Origin: Candidatus Hodarchaeota archaeon
GTDB taxonomy: Archaea; Asgardarchaeota; Lokiarchaeia; Sigyniarchaeales; SOKP01
DNA: 64,000 nt
Direction: 5' to 3'
NCBI GenBank assembly: GCA_048886685.1
Contig: JBHLKM010000002.1
Location: 327,532 to 391,531 of the forward strand
This document shows, one piece after another, positions 28,789 to 37,689 of the stretch; the stretch's first letter is position 1, and each line of letters opens with the position of its first letter. Both the position numbers and the translations under genes were made by a program. Below the pieces are notes generated by a model that saw only the letters and a program-made list of their open reading frames with translations, ran no database searches and was not told the DNA's origin.

Positions 28789-30471
28789 CTAATCTATCTC
28801 TCGTAGAATATCTTGATTCAAAGAGGTTTTATAGGAATCATAAAAGATCGAAGCATATTTTTTATAGAACTCTTCCTTTTTAGAAAGAACTAAGTTTTTA
28901 GCTTCAAAATCAGCTTTACCTTTTGACCAGAATATCGAACCTTGAGTATTAAAATTAAAGTTCTCTTGCTTTTTAATTATCTCTCCTGATTTAATTACAT
29001 ATTCAATGTCGGATAATCCTCTTTTAAAATCTTCATACTGCTTAGATATGTCTATTTCTAAAATATTTATATCCAAAATATTAATGTCTGCATCTGTTTC
29101 GACACTAAGATTGCCTTTAATGCTTCCAAGACCCAACGATCTTGCAGGACCAGCTCTTGTTAGGGTGATAAAATCAGAAAAACTAAGGGAGGTGTTTTCA
29201 TCATTTAATGAATTGTCTTTAAGAAAATCTTCATTCATACCTTTCATAAAATTGTCTCTAGCTTTTTTACTTATTAGCCAAGATGCGATTTCTGGTATAT
29301 TACTTATGTTAGCGTAATTAGGGTAATTTAATGAAAAACATATTTGAGATTTATCTTTAACTTTAAGAGCTAGATCCAATGCGTTTCCCCATAGTATACA
29401 ATCGTGATAATTCTTCTTATCTAAAGTTCTCATTGAAACAAATGAATCTCCTTCAAATTCAACTGCTGAGCTTATTAATTTATACTGCTTTTCGAATGCA
29501 TCCATAGTTAACATAGAATTTATCAGTCGCCTATCTGAAGTGATAAGAGGATTTATTTCATTAAAGGCAACAAAACCTAAACCTATACTGAAATTTGGAT
29601 TATTATTTAGAAAATTAATTAAATCTTCATTACTTCCATCATAGGCATAAGAATTCGCGTGAGCTATATGGAAAATTTGATTACGCTTGATATCTGAATT
29701 GGTTTGTTGATTTGCTTTTAAATTTAATGATTTTATTCTTTCTAGAATTATGAAGAGATTTTTCTTACCAATTTCGTTTTCATATCCATCAATATGAGCA
29801 TGAACCGAATGTGGTAAACCCATTGATTCTACACATCTCACCACATTTTCATAGACATCTAAAACAGAATAATTGTATAATCTACCTTGTTTGGATAAAT
29901 CTTCTCTTAATTCTTTAAAATCCCATGTCTCACATTCAAAAGGATTATAGACTTTAAATCCAAATCCATATGTTTTAGATAAGAGATCCGAGAGAAAAAT
30001 TGCCATATCCTTAATTTTTCCCCTTTGAAACTCTAGTTCAAGAGGCCAGAAATTACTGATATTTAATAACATTGCCTTATCTAATACTGGTAATTGTTGA
30101 AAGTTGAAAATTGTCTGTTTTGCTAATGATGGAAATACATTGGCTTCAAGTATAAAAGTGTAACCCATCGAAATATATTCTTTAGCAATATTTTCTAATG
30201 TTAATCCCTGCCACAGTTCTTTAAATGAATTATTTTTAGATCCTAATAATCTTGCCCAATTAACTTGCTGAGAAGCAACATGGGTATGAATATCGATAGC
30301 TGAAGGAATGACTGTTTTCCCAGTTGCATCGATTTCTTTTACATCTTTATTATTGGTAAATTTATCTACAATTTTGCCTGATTCTACCAAGATATCTTTC
30401 TTTTCACCCTCAATCTCATTGATGGGGTCATAAATTAGTCCATTTTTAATTATGAGTTTATTTGCTTCCAT
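28789..30471 (-). CDS. fwdA: Formylmethanofuran dehydrogenase subunit A-like amidohydrolase (divergent)
   Basis: IKNG..YDP.N.I.GE, DIHTH, FKVYNP, PHSVHAH, TRAGPA..LG. Confidence 0.8.
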   Translation of the reverse strand: MEANKLIIKNGLIYDPINEIEGEKKDILVESGKIVDKFTNNKDVKEIDATGKTVIPSAIDIHTHVASQQVNWARLLGSKNNSFKELWQGLTLENIAKEYISMGYTFILEANVFPSLAKQTIFNFQQLPVLDKAMLLNISNFWPLELEFQRGKIKDMAIFLSDLLSKTYGFGFKVYNPFECETWDFKELREDLSKQGRLYNYSVLDVYENVVRCVESMGLPHSVHAHIDGYENEIGKKNLFIILERIKSLNLKANQQTNSDIKRNQIFHIAHANSYAYDGSNEDLINFLNNNPNFSIGLGFVAFNEINPLITSDRRLINSMLTMDAFEKQYKLISSAVEFEGDSFVSMRTLDKKNYHDCILWGNALDLALKVKDKSQICFSLNYPNYANISNIPEIASWLISKKARDNFMKGMNEDFLKDNSLNDENTSLSFSDFITLTRAGPARSLGLGSIKGNLSVETDADINILDINILEIDISKQYEDFKRGLSDIEYVIKSGEIIKKQENFNFNTQGSIFWSKGKADFEAKNLVLSKKEEFYKKYASIFYDSYKTSLNQDILREID

Positions 30472-30484
30472 ATTATTTATGATA

Positions 30485-30874
30485 TTATTTTTTTATAATG
30501 GTTTTTAACAAGTCTTTTATATCTAAAACAGTTTCTCTGGTTGCCTCAGCGTTAGTTTTAAGGTTTTTTAATATTAATATTTCATTATTGATTCCTGTTA
30601 GTTGGTTTGCCCAAATTGAAACAGGCATTACTACTGTCCCCAATGGAATTCTTTCATCTTGTTTTACTTTAACTATCGCTTCTCCATTCTCATTTGATAA
30701 TTTTAAGTTCGAGTCTGAGGTTAACTTGAGCTTATTGAAATCTTTGGGATTTATGATACCAATTGCGAGATTTTCTTTTAGTGAATTATCATCCCCAAAA
30801 GAATATTCTTTTACTTGATCATAGTCAACCATTCTCACAGTATTTAATATCATTTCCATTTTTCTAACCTCCAT
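30485..30874 (-). CDS. fwdD: Formylmethanofuran dehydrogenase subunit D-like
   Basis: LNTVR, INPKD...L, GTVVMP.SIWAN; operon position. Confidence 0.75.
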   Translation of the reverse strand: MEVRKMEMILNTVRMVDYDQVKEYSFGDDNSLKENLAIGIINPKDFNKLKLTSDSNLKLSNENGEAIVKVKQDERIPLGTVVMPVSIWANQLTGINNEILILKNLKTNAEATRETVLDIKDLLKTIIKK

Positions 30875-32168
30875 TTAAGCCTTCAATCAACTTAGAAAGA
30901 ATCTCTTCGTCAGAGATTATATTATTTGGTGGATTTATTATCTGTTTTAATTCTATTGGCACATGGTCTAACCGATAAGCTAATCCTCCACATTCAATAC
31001 CAGTAACAGCTGAAGGAATGCTTACTTCAGCTACATTCAGGGTTGCTGACTTCTTATTATCAATAAGAATTATTGGTTTTGAAGCCAATTTCTTGCTAAG
31101 TTTCCATGGTAGATGTGAAATAGGGTCTGATCCAACAATTATAGAACAATCAAATTCGTTGTTATTAATTTTTGAGATTATTGTATTTGATGTGTCAACC
31201 AATTGATTATCAGAAAATTGTAAACTATGGTTTTTTCCTAATAAGGCTAAAGCAACATGGTCAAAACCAGTCATATTATAATGCCCTCCTAACATCATAA
31301 CTGCCATTCGACCTTTTTTTTGTTTCACATTTATCATTTGAACTAGTTCAAGTAATTCTTGTATTACATCAGGCTCTTTTGATGAACCTAAAATTCCTTG
31401 ACCAATGAAAATTATCCCATATTCAGTGTTTGTTAACTGAATTAATAACCTCCTTAAATCATCTTTGTCGATACCAGCAACACCAGATGATGGAATACTA
31501 TCAGTTGTACAACATTCTTCCTTTAAAGCCCGTATTAGCTCAATATCTTTTCCAGAATCAACTTTTAAAGCAATATCACGAACACCCATAACTCCAAAAG
31601 ATGCGGTTTTAACAGGATCTATAATAATTACTGTTTTTATTTCTCGTCCAGTCATTCTGAATTTTCCCCGTGAAAAAAGTACTTTATTTAATAAACGAGG
31701 TATTGATTCTGCTACATTAGCACCCCAAAATATCAATAAATCTGCTTTATTAATTGCTTCTGAAATTGTCGTCAATGTTATTCCTGTTTGTTTTGTAGCA
31801 TTAAGAACCTTACCTTGGCAAATTATGGAATTAGAATCAATAAATCCATTAATTAATTTAGCTAATTCAATTCCTTTTAACTGGGCCTGAGAACTGACAG
31901 TAGAAAAACCATATAACAACGGTTTAGATGAACTTTTTATGATTTCAATTGCTTTTCTCAAAGCTTTTTCAAGTGAAACCTTGGCCGTTTCACCGTTGTT
32001 CCGAATAAACGGAGATACTAGACGATTTTTGCTAGTAATAAGATCGTACTTTTCTTTCCCTTTTAAACAGGCACCTATAATTTCGTGAATATATAAACCA
32101 TCAGTTTGAACAATTATGTCATCGCAAAGGAGTGAACACCCGGTGCATGTGGTTCTTTTACCTACCAA
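30864..32168 (-). CDS. fwdB: Formylmethanofuran dehydrogenase subunit B-like (divergent)
   Basis: CTGCSLLCDDI...C, ADLLIFWGAN, GHYNMTG, GSDPISH, GIECGG.AYRLD.VPI. Confidence 0.82.
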   Translation of the reverse strand: MVGKRTTCTGCSLLCDDIIVQTDGLYIHEIIGACLKGKEKYDLITSKNRLVSPFIRNNGETAKVSLEKALRKAIEIIKSSSKPLLYGFSTVSSQAQLKGIELAKLINGFIDSNSIICQGKVLNATKQTGITLTTISEAINKADLLIFWGANVAESIPRLLNKVLFSRGKFRMTGREIKTVIIIDPVKTASFGVMGVRDIALKVDSGKDIELIRALKEECCTTDSIPSSGVAGIDKDDLRRLLIQLTNTEYGIIFIGQGILGSSKEPDVIQELLELVQMINVKQKKGRMAVMMLGGHYNMTGFDHVALALLGKNHSLQFSDNQLVDTSNTIISKINNNEFDCSIIVGSDPISHLPWKLSKKLASKPIILIDNKKSATLNVAEVSIPSAVTGIECGGLAYRLDHVPIELKQIINPPNNIISDEEILSKLIEGLNGG

Positions 32169-32197
32169 TTTTCAAACACCATCATAGAGGTATAGAA

Positions 32198-32665
32198 TTA
32201 AATATAGTCTATTTTCACAGCTTCTCGTGGACAATAGGATTCACAAACACGACACTCTCTCGCTTGTCCCTCACCTTCTATTCTTCTACAATATTTAAGT
32301 TCTAATAATTCACATTTTCCGTTTTTAACCTGAAATAATTGATGGCTTTCAGGAGGGTAATCTGGAGCTTTACCACTTAAAGACGGAGGGCAATATCTTG
32401 CATTTACCGGGCAAACAGTCACGCAAATTCCACAACCATCACATAGATCCTCATCCACATCTATTCTTAGTTCTTTTTCTTTACCTTCCTCGGAACCGAG
32501 AAGTTCTTTTAAGCTATCATAATTCTTCTTATATTTGGGTTCTAAGAGTGGTGAACAATCATCAACTTTCACCTTACCTTGTAATAAATCTAGTGCAAAA
32601 GCCATACATGTTGGTTTCCCACATTTCTTGCAATTTGTCTTAGGTAAAAATTTGTAAAGATCCAT
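32198..32665 (-). CDS. FwdH-like ferredoxin (N-terminal CdhE/RnfB-type FeS domain + 2x4Fe-4S)
   Basis: LPKTNCKKCGKPTCMAFA...C; CDGCGICVTVCP; CRVCESYCP; first gene of the fwd-like operon. Confidence 0.78.
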   Translation of the reverse strand: MDLYKFLPKTNCKKCGKPTCMAFALDLLQGKVKVDDCSPLLEPKYKKNYDSLKELLGSEEGKEKELRIDVDEDLCDGCGICVTVCPVNARYCPPSLSGKAPDYPPESHQLFQVKNGKCELLELKYCRRIEGEGQARECRVCESYCPREAVKIDYI

Positions 32666-32892
32666 GAAATTATTTACTGGAATTTGCTAACACCTTGTAA
32701 ATTTTTTTTTCTAATACTTTCAGTAAAGAATAATATACTGAAATTTATTAATTTCTTTAGTTTATACAAAATAAATATCTGATTATAGGAATTGAATTAT
32801 AATCAAAAATAACGAGATTTATATAAATTATTAACAAAAAAATTAAAGCAATCTCTTAATTTCATACCATAAAAAAAGAGTGATTCAAGAAT

Positions 32893-33744
32893 ATGTCTGA
32901 AGAAGAGATTCCAGATATCGATTTAAAAGAAATGATGATGAATGAGAGAGAGAAGAGCATAAAGACAAATATGGAAAAAATCAAAAATAAAATTGTTATC
33001 ATTTCTGGTAAAGGTGGTGTTGGTAAAACTACTATTGCGGTTAATCTTGCTATGAGTTTAGCCAGTATTGGGCTAAGAGTGGGGATTCTTGATGTAGATA
33101 TAACAGGTCCAAATGTGCTTAAAATGCTAGGTGTAGACCCAGAACTAAAACCAAGAGTTGACGTAGAAGCTAAAAAATTTTATCCTATTAATGGCCCCCT
33201 AAACATGAAAGTAATGAGTATGGCATTTTTAACATTAACCCCTGATGATCCTGTTATCTGGAGAGGTCCAATGAAAATGAGTGCTGTTAGACAATTTTTA
33301 GGGGACGCTATGTGGGGGGAACTTGATTATTTAATATGTGATTTACCACCAGGTACTTCTGATGAGACTCTCGATATACTACAACTAATTCCAGATGAAA
33401 ATGTTGTAATTGTTACAACTCCACAACAAGTAGCCTTAATGGATGCAAGGAAAACAATAAAAATGGCAATGGTAATGCAAAGAGAAATCCTTGGAATCAT
33501 TGAAAATCATTCAGGCTTCAATTGTCCTCATTGTGGTAAATACATAGATTTATATCCTCCTGGTGGAGCAGAACAAGCAGCTATTGACTTTAATATTCCA
33601 TTATTAGGAAAAATACCTTTTGAAGTAGAAATAAGTCAACAAGGAGATCAAGGATTACCCTTCGTTTTAAAATATCCTGATAATAAAGCTACAAAGGCAT
33701 TTAAAGGTATAGTAAATAAAATGAGAGAGATTTTAGAGAAGTAG
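32893..33744 (+). CDS. mrp: Mrp/NBP35 Fe-S carrier ATPase, second paralog
   Basis: Same motifs as 6676 with long identical stretches. Confidence 0.93.
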   Translation: MSEEEIPDIDLKEMMMNEREKSIKTNMEKIKNKIVIISGKGGVGKTTIAVNLAMSLASIGLRVGILDVDITGPNVLKMLGVDPELKPRVDVEAKKFYPINGPLNMKVMSMAFLTLTPDDPVIWRGPMKMSAVRQFLGDAMWGELDYLICDLPPGTSDETLDILQLIPDENVVIVTTPQQVALMDARKTIKMAMVMQREILGIIENHSGFNCPHCGKYIDLYPPGGAEQAAIDFNIPLLGKIPFEVEISQQGDQGLPFVLKYPDNKATKAFKGIVNKMREILEK

Positions 33745-33907
33745 TTTGATATTTTTTATATATTTTTTTAATTAACTTTACTTATAACATGAGAATTTGT
33801 AGTATTCATTCTCTACCTATTTCACAGATAATACATCGAATTTTAAACTAAAATTTAAAAGATTTTATTAGACATTATTAACTTTATACAATTAGGTAGC
33901 AATAAAA

Positions 33908-34411
33908 TTGATAACAGGGATAAAAATTACTACTGAAGACTATAAGCTAATTAAGGGTATTGTTATTTGTAAAGAGTCGGGAGAATATTTGCTTGATCTT
34001 ATTTTAGATACAAAAATCGATCCTGTTTTATTATCCTCTTTTGTTGGTGCACTACGTCTATTTGGAAATAACTTGGGAGAATTAAAAGAGATTAACATCA
34101 AAGGACTTGATGTAGATATGATTATTGTATATAAATACAATCTCATTTTCGTAGCAATTCTTGCCAAAGAATTTCTAAAGCATGATATAAGAGATCAAGC
34201 AGAAAAAAGTTTAGACATGTTTTATACTCTATATCGGGTTGAAATCAATAATGATAATTTTGAGATAAGTCAATTTGAGTCTTTTAAAAATATTCTGGCT
34301 AAGCAAATTAAAGAATATTTCAATAAATTAAAAAATGAAGAAGAAGCCGAAATAGGAAATTTTGGGTTCTTCACGGAAGCAATTAAAAAATTGAGAACAA
34401 ATGGTTCATAG
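33908..34411 (+). CDS. Longin/roadblock-like small protein (Asgard-type)
   Basis: IVICKESGEYLL...IDPVLLSSFVGALRLFG...L.EI; same pattern as the C-terminal domain of 50255. Confidence 0.6.
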   Translation: MITGIKITTEDYKLIKGIVICKESGEYLLDLILDTKIDPVLLSSFVGALRLFGNNLGELKEINIKGLDVDMIIVYKYNLIFVAILAKEFLKHDIRDQAEKSLDMFYTLYRVEINNDNFEISQFESFKNILAKQIKEYFNKLKNEEEAEIGNFGFFTEAIKKLRTNGS

Positions 34412-34475
34412 TTAAATTTGTTCTATTTATGTTTAGGTTAACCGTTCTTAAGGTTTAAATTAAAAAATAAAAAAT

Positions 34476-34628
34476 TTATAGCTTGATTTCAATATTTATT
34501 GTTTCAATATTTTCAGGAACTGCTTTGGTGGATTTCAGGTAACCCAGAATTATGTTTGTTAGCATTTCTTGCATGAAATCCTTTAAAGGGATCTGTTTTT
34601 CATTAACTGTAAGTATTGCTTTTAACAT
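34476..34628 (-). CDS. 50-aa protein resembling the C-terminal extension of MobB-FeS fusion proteins
   Basis: MLKAILTVNEKQIPLKDFMQEMLTNIILGYLKSTKAVPENIETINIEIKL*; below the ORF-track cutoff. Confidence 0.65.
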   Translation of the reverse strand: MLKAILTVNEKQIPLKDFMQEMLTNIILGYLKSTKAVPENIETINIEIKL

Positions 34629-34714
34629 AATTATCCCTAAACATACTGATTTTTTAAAATTTTACCTAATAATAAATAGTAATTTTATAAAAAACACCGA
34701 AACCTTTGCTAGGT

Positions 34715-34756
34715 TTGTCCTCTTACAACCATCATTTTCTTGTAAAAGTCATCCAA
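34715..34756 (-). promoter_or_regulatory. Eukaryote/Lokiarchaeota-type SECIS element (K-turn)
   Basis: RNA UUG-GAU-GA-CUUUUACAA-GAAAAUGAUGG-UUGUAAGAG-GA-CAA: AUGA/GA core, 9-bp helix (8 WC + 1 GU), AAAA in loop; in the 3' UTR of the UGA-containing ORF. Confidence 0.75.
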
Positions 34757-34770
34757 CTCGCTTTTTAATT

Positions 34771-34998
34771 TTACAATAAAAGCCCAACATTTATTTGTGC
34801 TATATAATTTCTCAATAGTTCTAATAATGGAAGATTTATAATTGCACAAACTCAACCACCACCATTACTAGTTTCGTTTTGTAAAGTAAAGATTAAAATT
34901 ATTGTGATTGCTGTTGCTATAGCGACTATTCCTAATATCAGCATAAGTATCCTATTGGACTTTCTTTTTCCTAAATCTTGTATTTCAGAATCTATCAT
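34771..34998 (-). CDS. Candidate small single-pass membrane selenoprotein (75 aa, Sec49)
   Basis: MIDSEIQDLGKRKSNRILMLILGIVAIATAITIILIFTLQNETSNGGG-U(TGA 34854-34852)-VCAIINLPLLELLRNYIAQINVGLLL*; SECIS-like hairpin downstream. Confidence 0.7.
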
Positions 34999-35135
34999 CG
35001 TCAATGATCATCAAAAGCTTAATTCTAATTATATTTTATATAAATTTCCATATATATTATTATTTAATAACTAACTATACTTATTTAATTTTTGAACTTG
35101 AGATTTAGAAATTTAGAAATTAAAAGGTTAAAATT

Positions 35136-36032
35136 ATGAAATTATTACGTACTCCAGATGAAAGATTCGAAAATATTCCTGATTTTCCATATGAGCCACA
35201 TTATTTAGAAGTTGACGAGATTCGAATACATTACTTAGACGAGGGTCCCAAAGACGCAGAAGTTATCTTACTCATGCATGGTGAACCCTCATGGAGCTTT
35301 TTATATAGGCATATGATTCCAATTCTAGTGAAAGCTGGATTTAGAACTGTTGCCCCAGATTTAGTAGGTTTTGGACGTTCCGATAAACCAACAGAAAAGG
35401 AAGACCATACTTATGCAAAACACGTAGAATGGATGACAAAATTGGTTAAATCGCTTGACCTTAAAAGAATAACCCTTTTTTGTCAAGATTGGGGATCTCT
35501 GATAGGTTTAAGAGTCGCTATTGAGAATCAAGATCGATTTAGTCGAATAGTGTTATCAAATGGAGGATTACCCACTGGTGAACAATCTATGACAGAAGCA
35601 TTTTTGACCTGGAGGAAATTTTCTAGAGAAATTCCTACCTTTCCTGTTGGACGATTAATTCAAGCTGGAACAACAACTAAACTATCAAGAGAAGTGAGAA
35701 ACGCTTATGATGCCCCATTTCCTGATGACACATATAAAGCAGGCGCACGAATATTACCTTCTTTAGTACCAATTAGTACTGATGATCCAGAACATAAAGC
35801 GAACAAGAAAGCATTCGAAGAATTTGGAAAGTGGGAAAAACCATTCCTAACAGCCTTTTCTGATAGTGATCCTGTAACTCGTGGTGGGGATAGATTCTGG
35901 CAACAATATATTCCTGGTGCTCAAGGACAAAAACATACAACAATTAAGGATGCAGCGCATTTTGTCCAAGAAGATAAAGGTCCAGAATTAGCAAATCTAA
36001 TAATTGAGTTTATAAAGGATAATCCTTTATAA
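35136..36032 (+). CDS. Haloalkane dehalogenase (DhmA/HLD-I type)
   Basis: LRTPDERF, HGEPSWS, QDWG nucleophile elbow, AYDAPFP, HFVQED. Confidence 0.92.
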   Translation: MKLLRTPDERFENIPDFPYEPHYLEVDEIRIHYLDEGPKDAEVILLMHGEPSWSFLYRHMIPILVKAGFRTVAPDLVGFGRSDKPTEKEDHTYAKHVEWMTKLVKSLDLKRITLFCQDWGSLIGLRVAIENQDRFSRIVLSNGGLPTGEQSMTEAFLTWRKFSREIPTFPVGRLIQAGTTTKLSREVRNAYDAPFPDDTYKAGARILPSLVPISTDDPEHKANKKAFEEFGKWEKPFLTAFSDSDPVTRGGDRFWQQYIPGAQGQKHTTIKDAAHFVQEDKGPELANLIIEFIKDNPL

Positions 36033-36044
36033 ATAATCCTTTTT

Positions 36045-37562
36045 TTATCCTTTATTACGCCTGAATCTCCAATCAGTTTCAAAAGGCACTACATCGCAAG
36101 TTTCCACATACCACGTAAGCATTCTTTCTCTCAAACTGATTAGTATATCCTTATATTTAGAATCATCAATGACATTAATTTGTTCTTCTGGATCACTCCT
36201 CAAATCATATAATTCATCTTCTTCATAAAGCCGTCTAATATACTTGAAGTCTTTCGTTCTACACATAACAGCTTTACCATGGTAAGGTCCATCATCTGTA
36301 ATTTGGAGACTCACTCGTGGCCAATAGAGCCCACCTGGGATAAGAGCAGATGTAGATTCCAGTTCCATGGCATGCTTTTCGCCATACAATCTTCCCCCCT
36401 CGCAGAAAACCGCATCTCTATGATTTTCAGTCTCCCCTTGGAGTAATGGTACTAGACTTTTCCCATAACGAGAATAATTCGGATTTATTCCTGCTAAATC
36501 AAAAACTGTTTCAGAGAAATCCAGTAATTCAACTAACGCATCAGAAACTCTAGGTTTAACATCAATATTATCCGGAGGTTTAATAATAAAAGGTACATTA
36601 GTCAGGCAATCTTCAAAGGTATTTTGAGTTTTCTCGACTAATCCATAATCTCCAGTAAAGTCACCATGATCAGAGAAAATGAAGATTCCGCTGTTATTAT
36701 AAAAACCTCTTTTTTTAAGTTCCTCAATTAACAATCCAAATTGGTGATCAACACGAGTACACATCCCATAATATGTCGCTCGTAGCTCATTCCATCGATC
36801 TTTAGTCCAATCTTGAAGTTTTTGTCGTTCATAAATTCCCTTTAAGAGTGAAGGTTTACCAAACCAATCCCTCGGTGGGTTTTTTCGGGCTGGGAGTTTA
36901 TTTCGATCAATAAGACTAAACCATGGCTCTTCAATACCATATGGAGGATGTGGGTTAACTAGTGCAATATACATACAAAAAGGTTTCTCTTTATCATAAT
37001 CTTTAATAAAATCTATTGCTCCTAATATAACTCCCCAATCTATGTCAAAATATATATCCTTATTCTGTGTATCTAATTTCCCTGCAAAAAAACTATAATA
37101 ATCGTCACTCTCAGGTTTTCCTCTCCAACTATCTGATTGATGTAAATTTGGCATCCAATCATATCCCCAGCGTTCACGATGTTCTCTAGAGGGCCAAAAG
37201 TAAATATCACAATGTTCTCTCAAATCTTCCTTAGCTGAAATCAGATCATTTCTTCCTGCCCACCATACAAAATATCCATTATCCTTAAGAATTTTAAGTA
37301 AGTTAGGCTCATCCCTATCCAAATGGAGCATATGATACATAGTTCGGTGCCCTCTTACATGAGGATACCATCCCGTCATGAAACTACATCGGCTAGGTGT
37401 ACACACGGGATTCTGACAAAATGCATTACTAAATGAAACAGCGTCTTGTTCAACAATTTTATCTAAATTGGGCGTTTCTGCGGCAGGATTTCCCACATGT
37501 CCTAACACATCTCCCCTCCATTGATCAACATTGAATATGATAATAGGCGGTTTCTTATTCAT
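36045..37562 (-). CDS. Sulfatase (Cys-type, choline sulfatase-like)
   Basis: DQWR, CTPSRCSFMTG, PHPPY, SDHGD. Confidence 0.9.
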   Translation of the reverse strand: MNKKPPIIIFNVDQWRGDVLGHVGNPAAETPNLDKIVEQDAVSFSNAFCQNPVCTPSRCSFMTGWYPHVRGHRTMYHMLHLDRDEPNLLKILKDNGYFVWWAGRNDLISAKEDLREHCDIYFWPSREHRERWGYDWMPNLHQSDSWRGKPESDDYYSFFAGKLDTQNKDIYFDIDWGVILGAIDFIKDYDKEKPFCMYIALVNPHPPYGIEEPWFSLIDRNKLPARKNPPRDWFGKPSLLKGIYERQKLQDWTKDRWNELRATYYGMCTRVDHQFGLLIEELKKRGFYNNSGIFIFSDHGDFTGDYGLVEKTQNTFEDCLTNVPFIIKPPDNIDVKPRVSDALVELLDFSETVFDLAGINPNYSRYGKSLVPLLQGETENHRDAVFCEGGRLYGEKHAMELESTSALIPGGLYWPRVSLQITDDGPYHGKAVMCRTKDFKYIRRLYEEDELYDLRSDPEEQINVIDDSKYKDILISLRERMLTWYVETCDVVPFETDWRFRRNKG

Positions 37563-37689
37563 GATATAATATTCACCTATATAGAGAATTTATAACGAAA
37601 TATTGTATTAAATTGGATGAGGTAAAATAGAATCTTCATAAGATTTCATAATTTAATAATTGAAAAAAAAGTTGATAAAAATAAAGAAA

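Noticed and set aside
28654-28790. Open stretch after fwdA (LDPERVEFLCTKLVEYNQERY...)
   Set aside because: No canonical start at its beginning, and it runs into the antisense kinase gene
34552-34779. 75-aa plus-strand ORF in the track
   Set aside because: Antisense to the 50-aa gene and the SECIS; no protein-like motif
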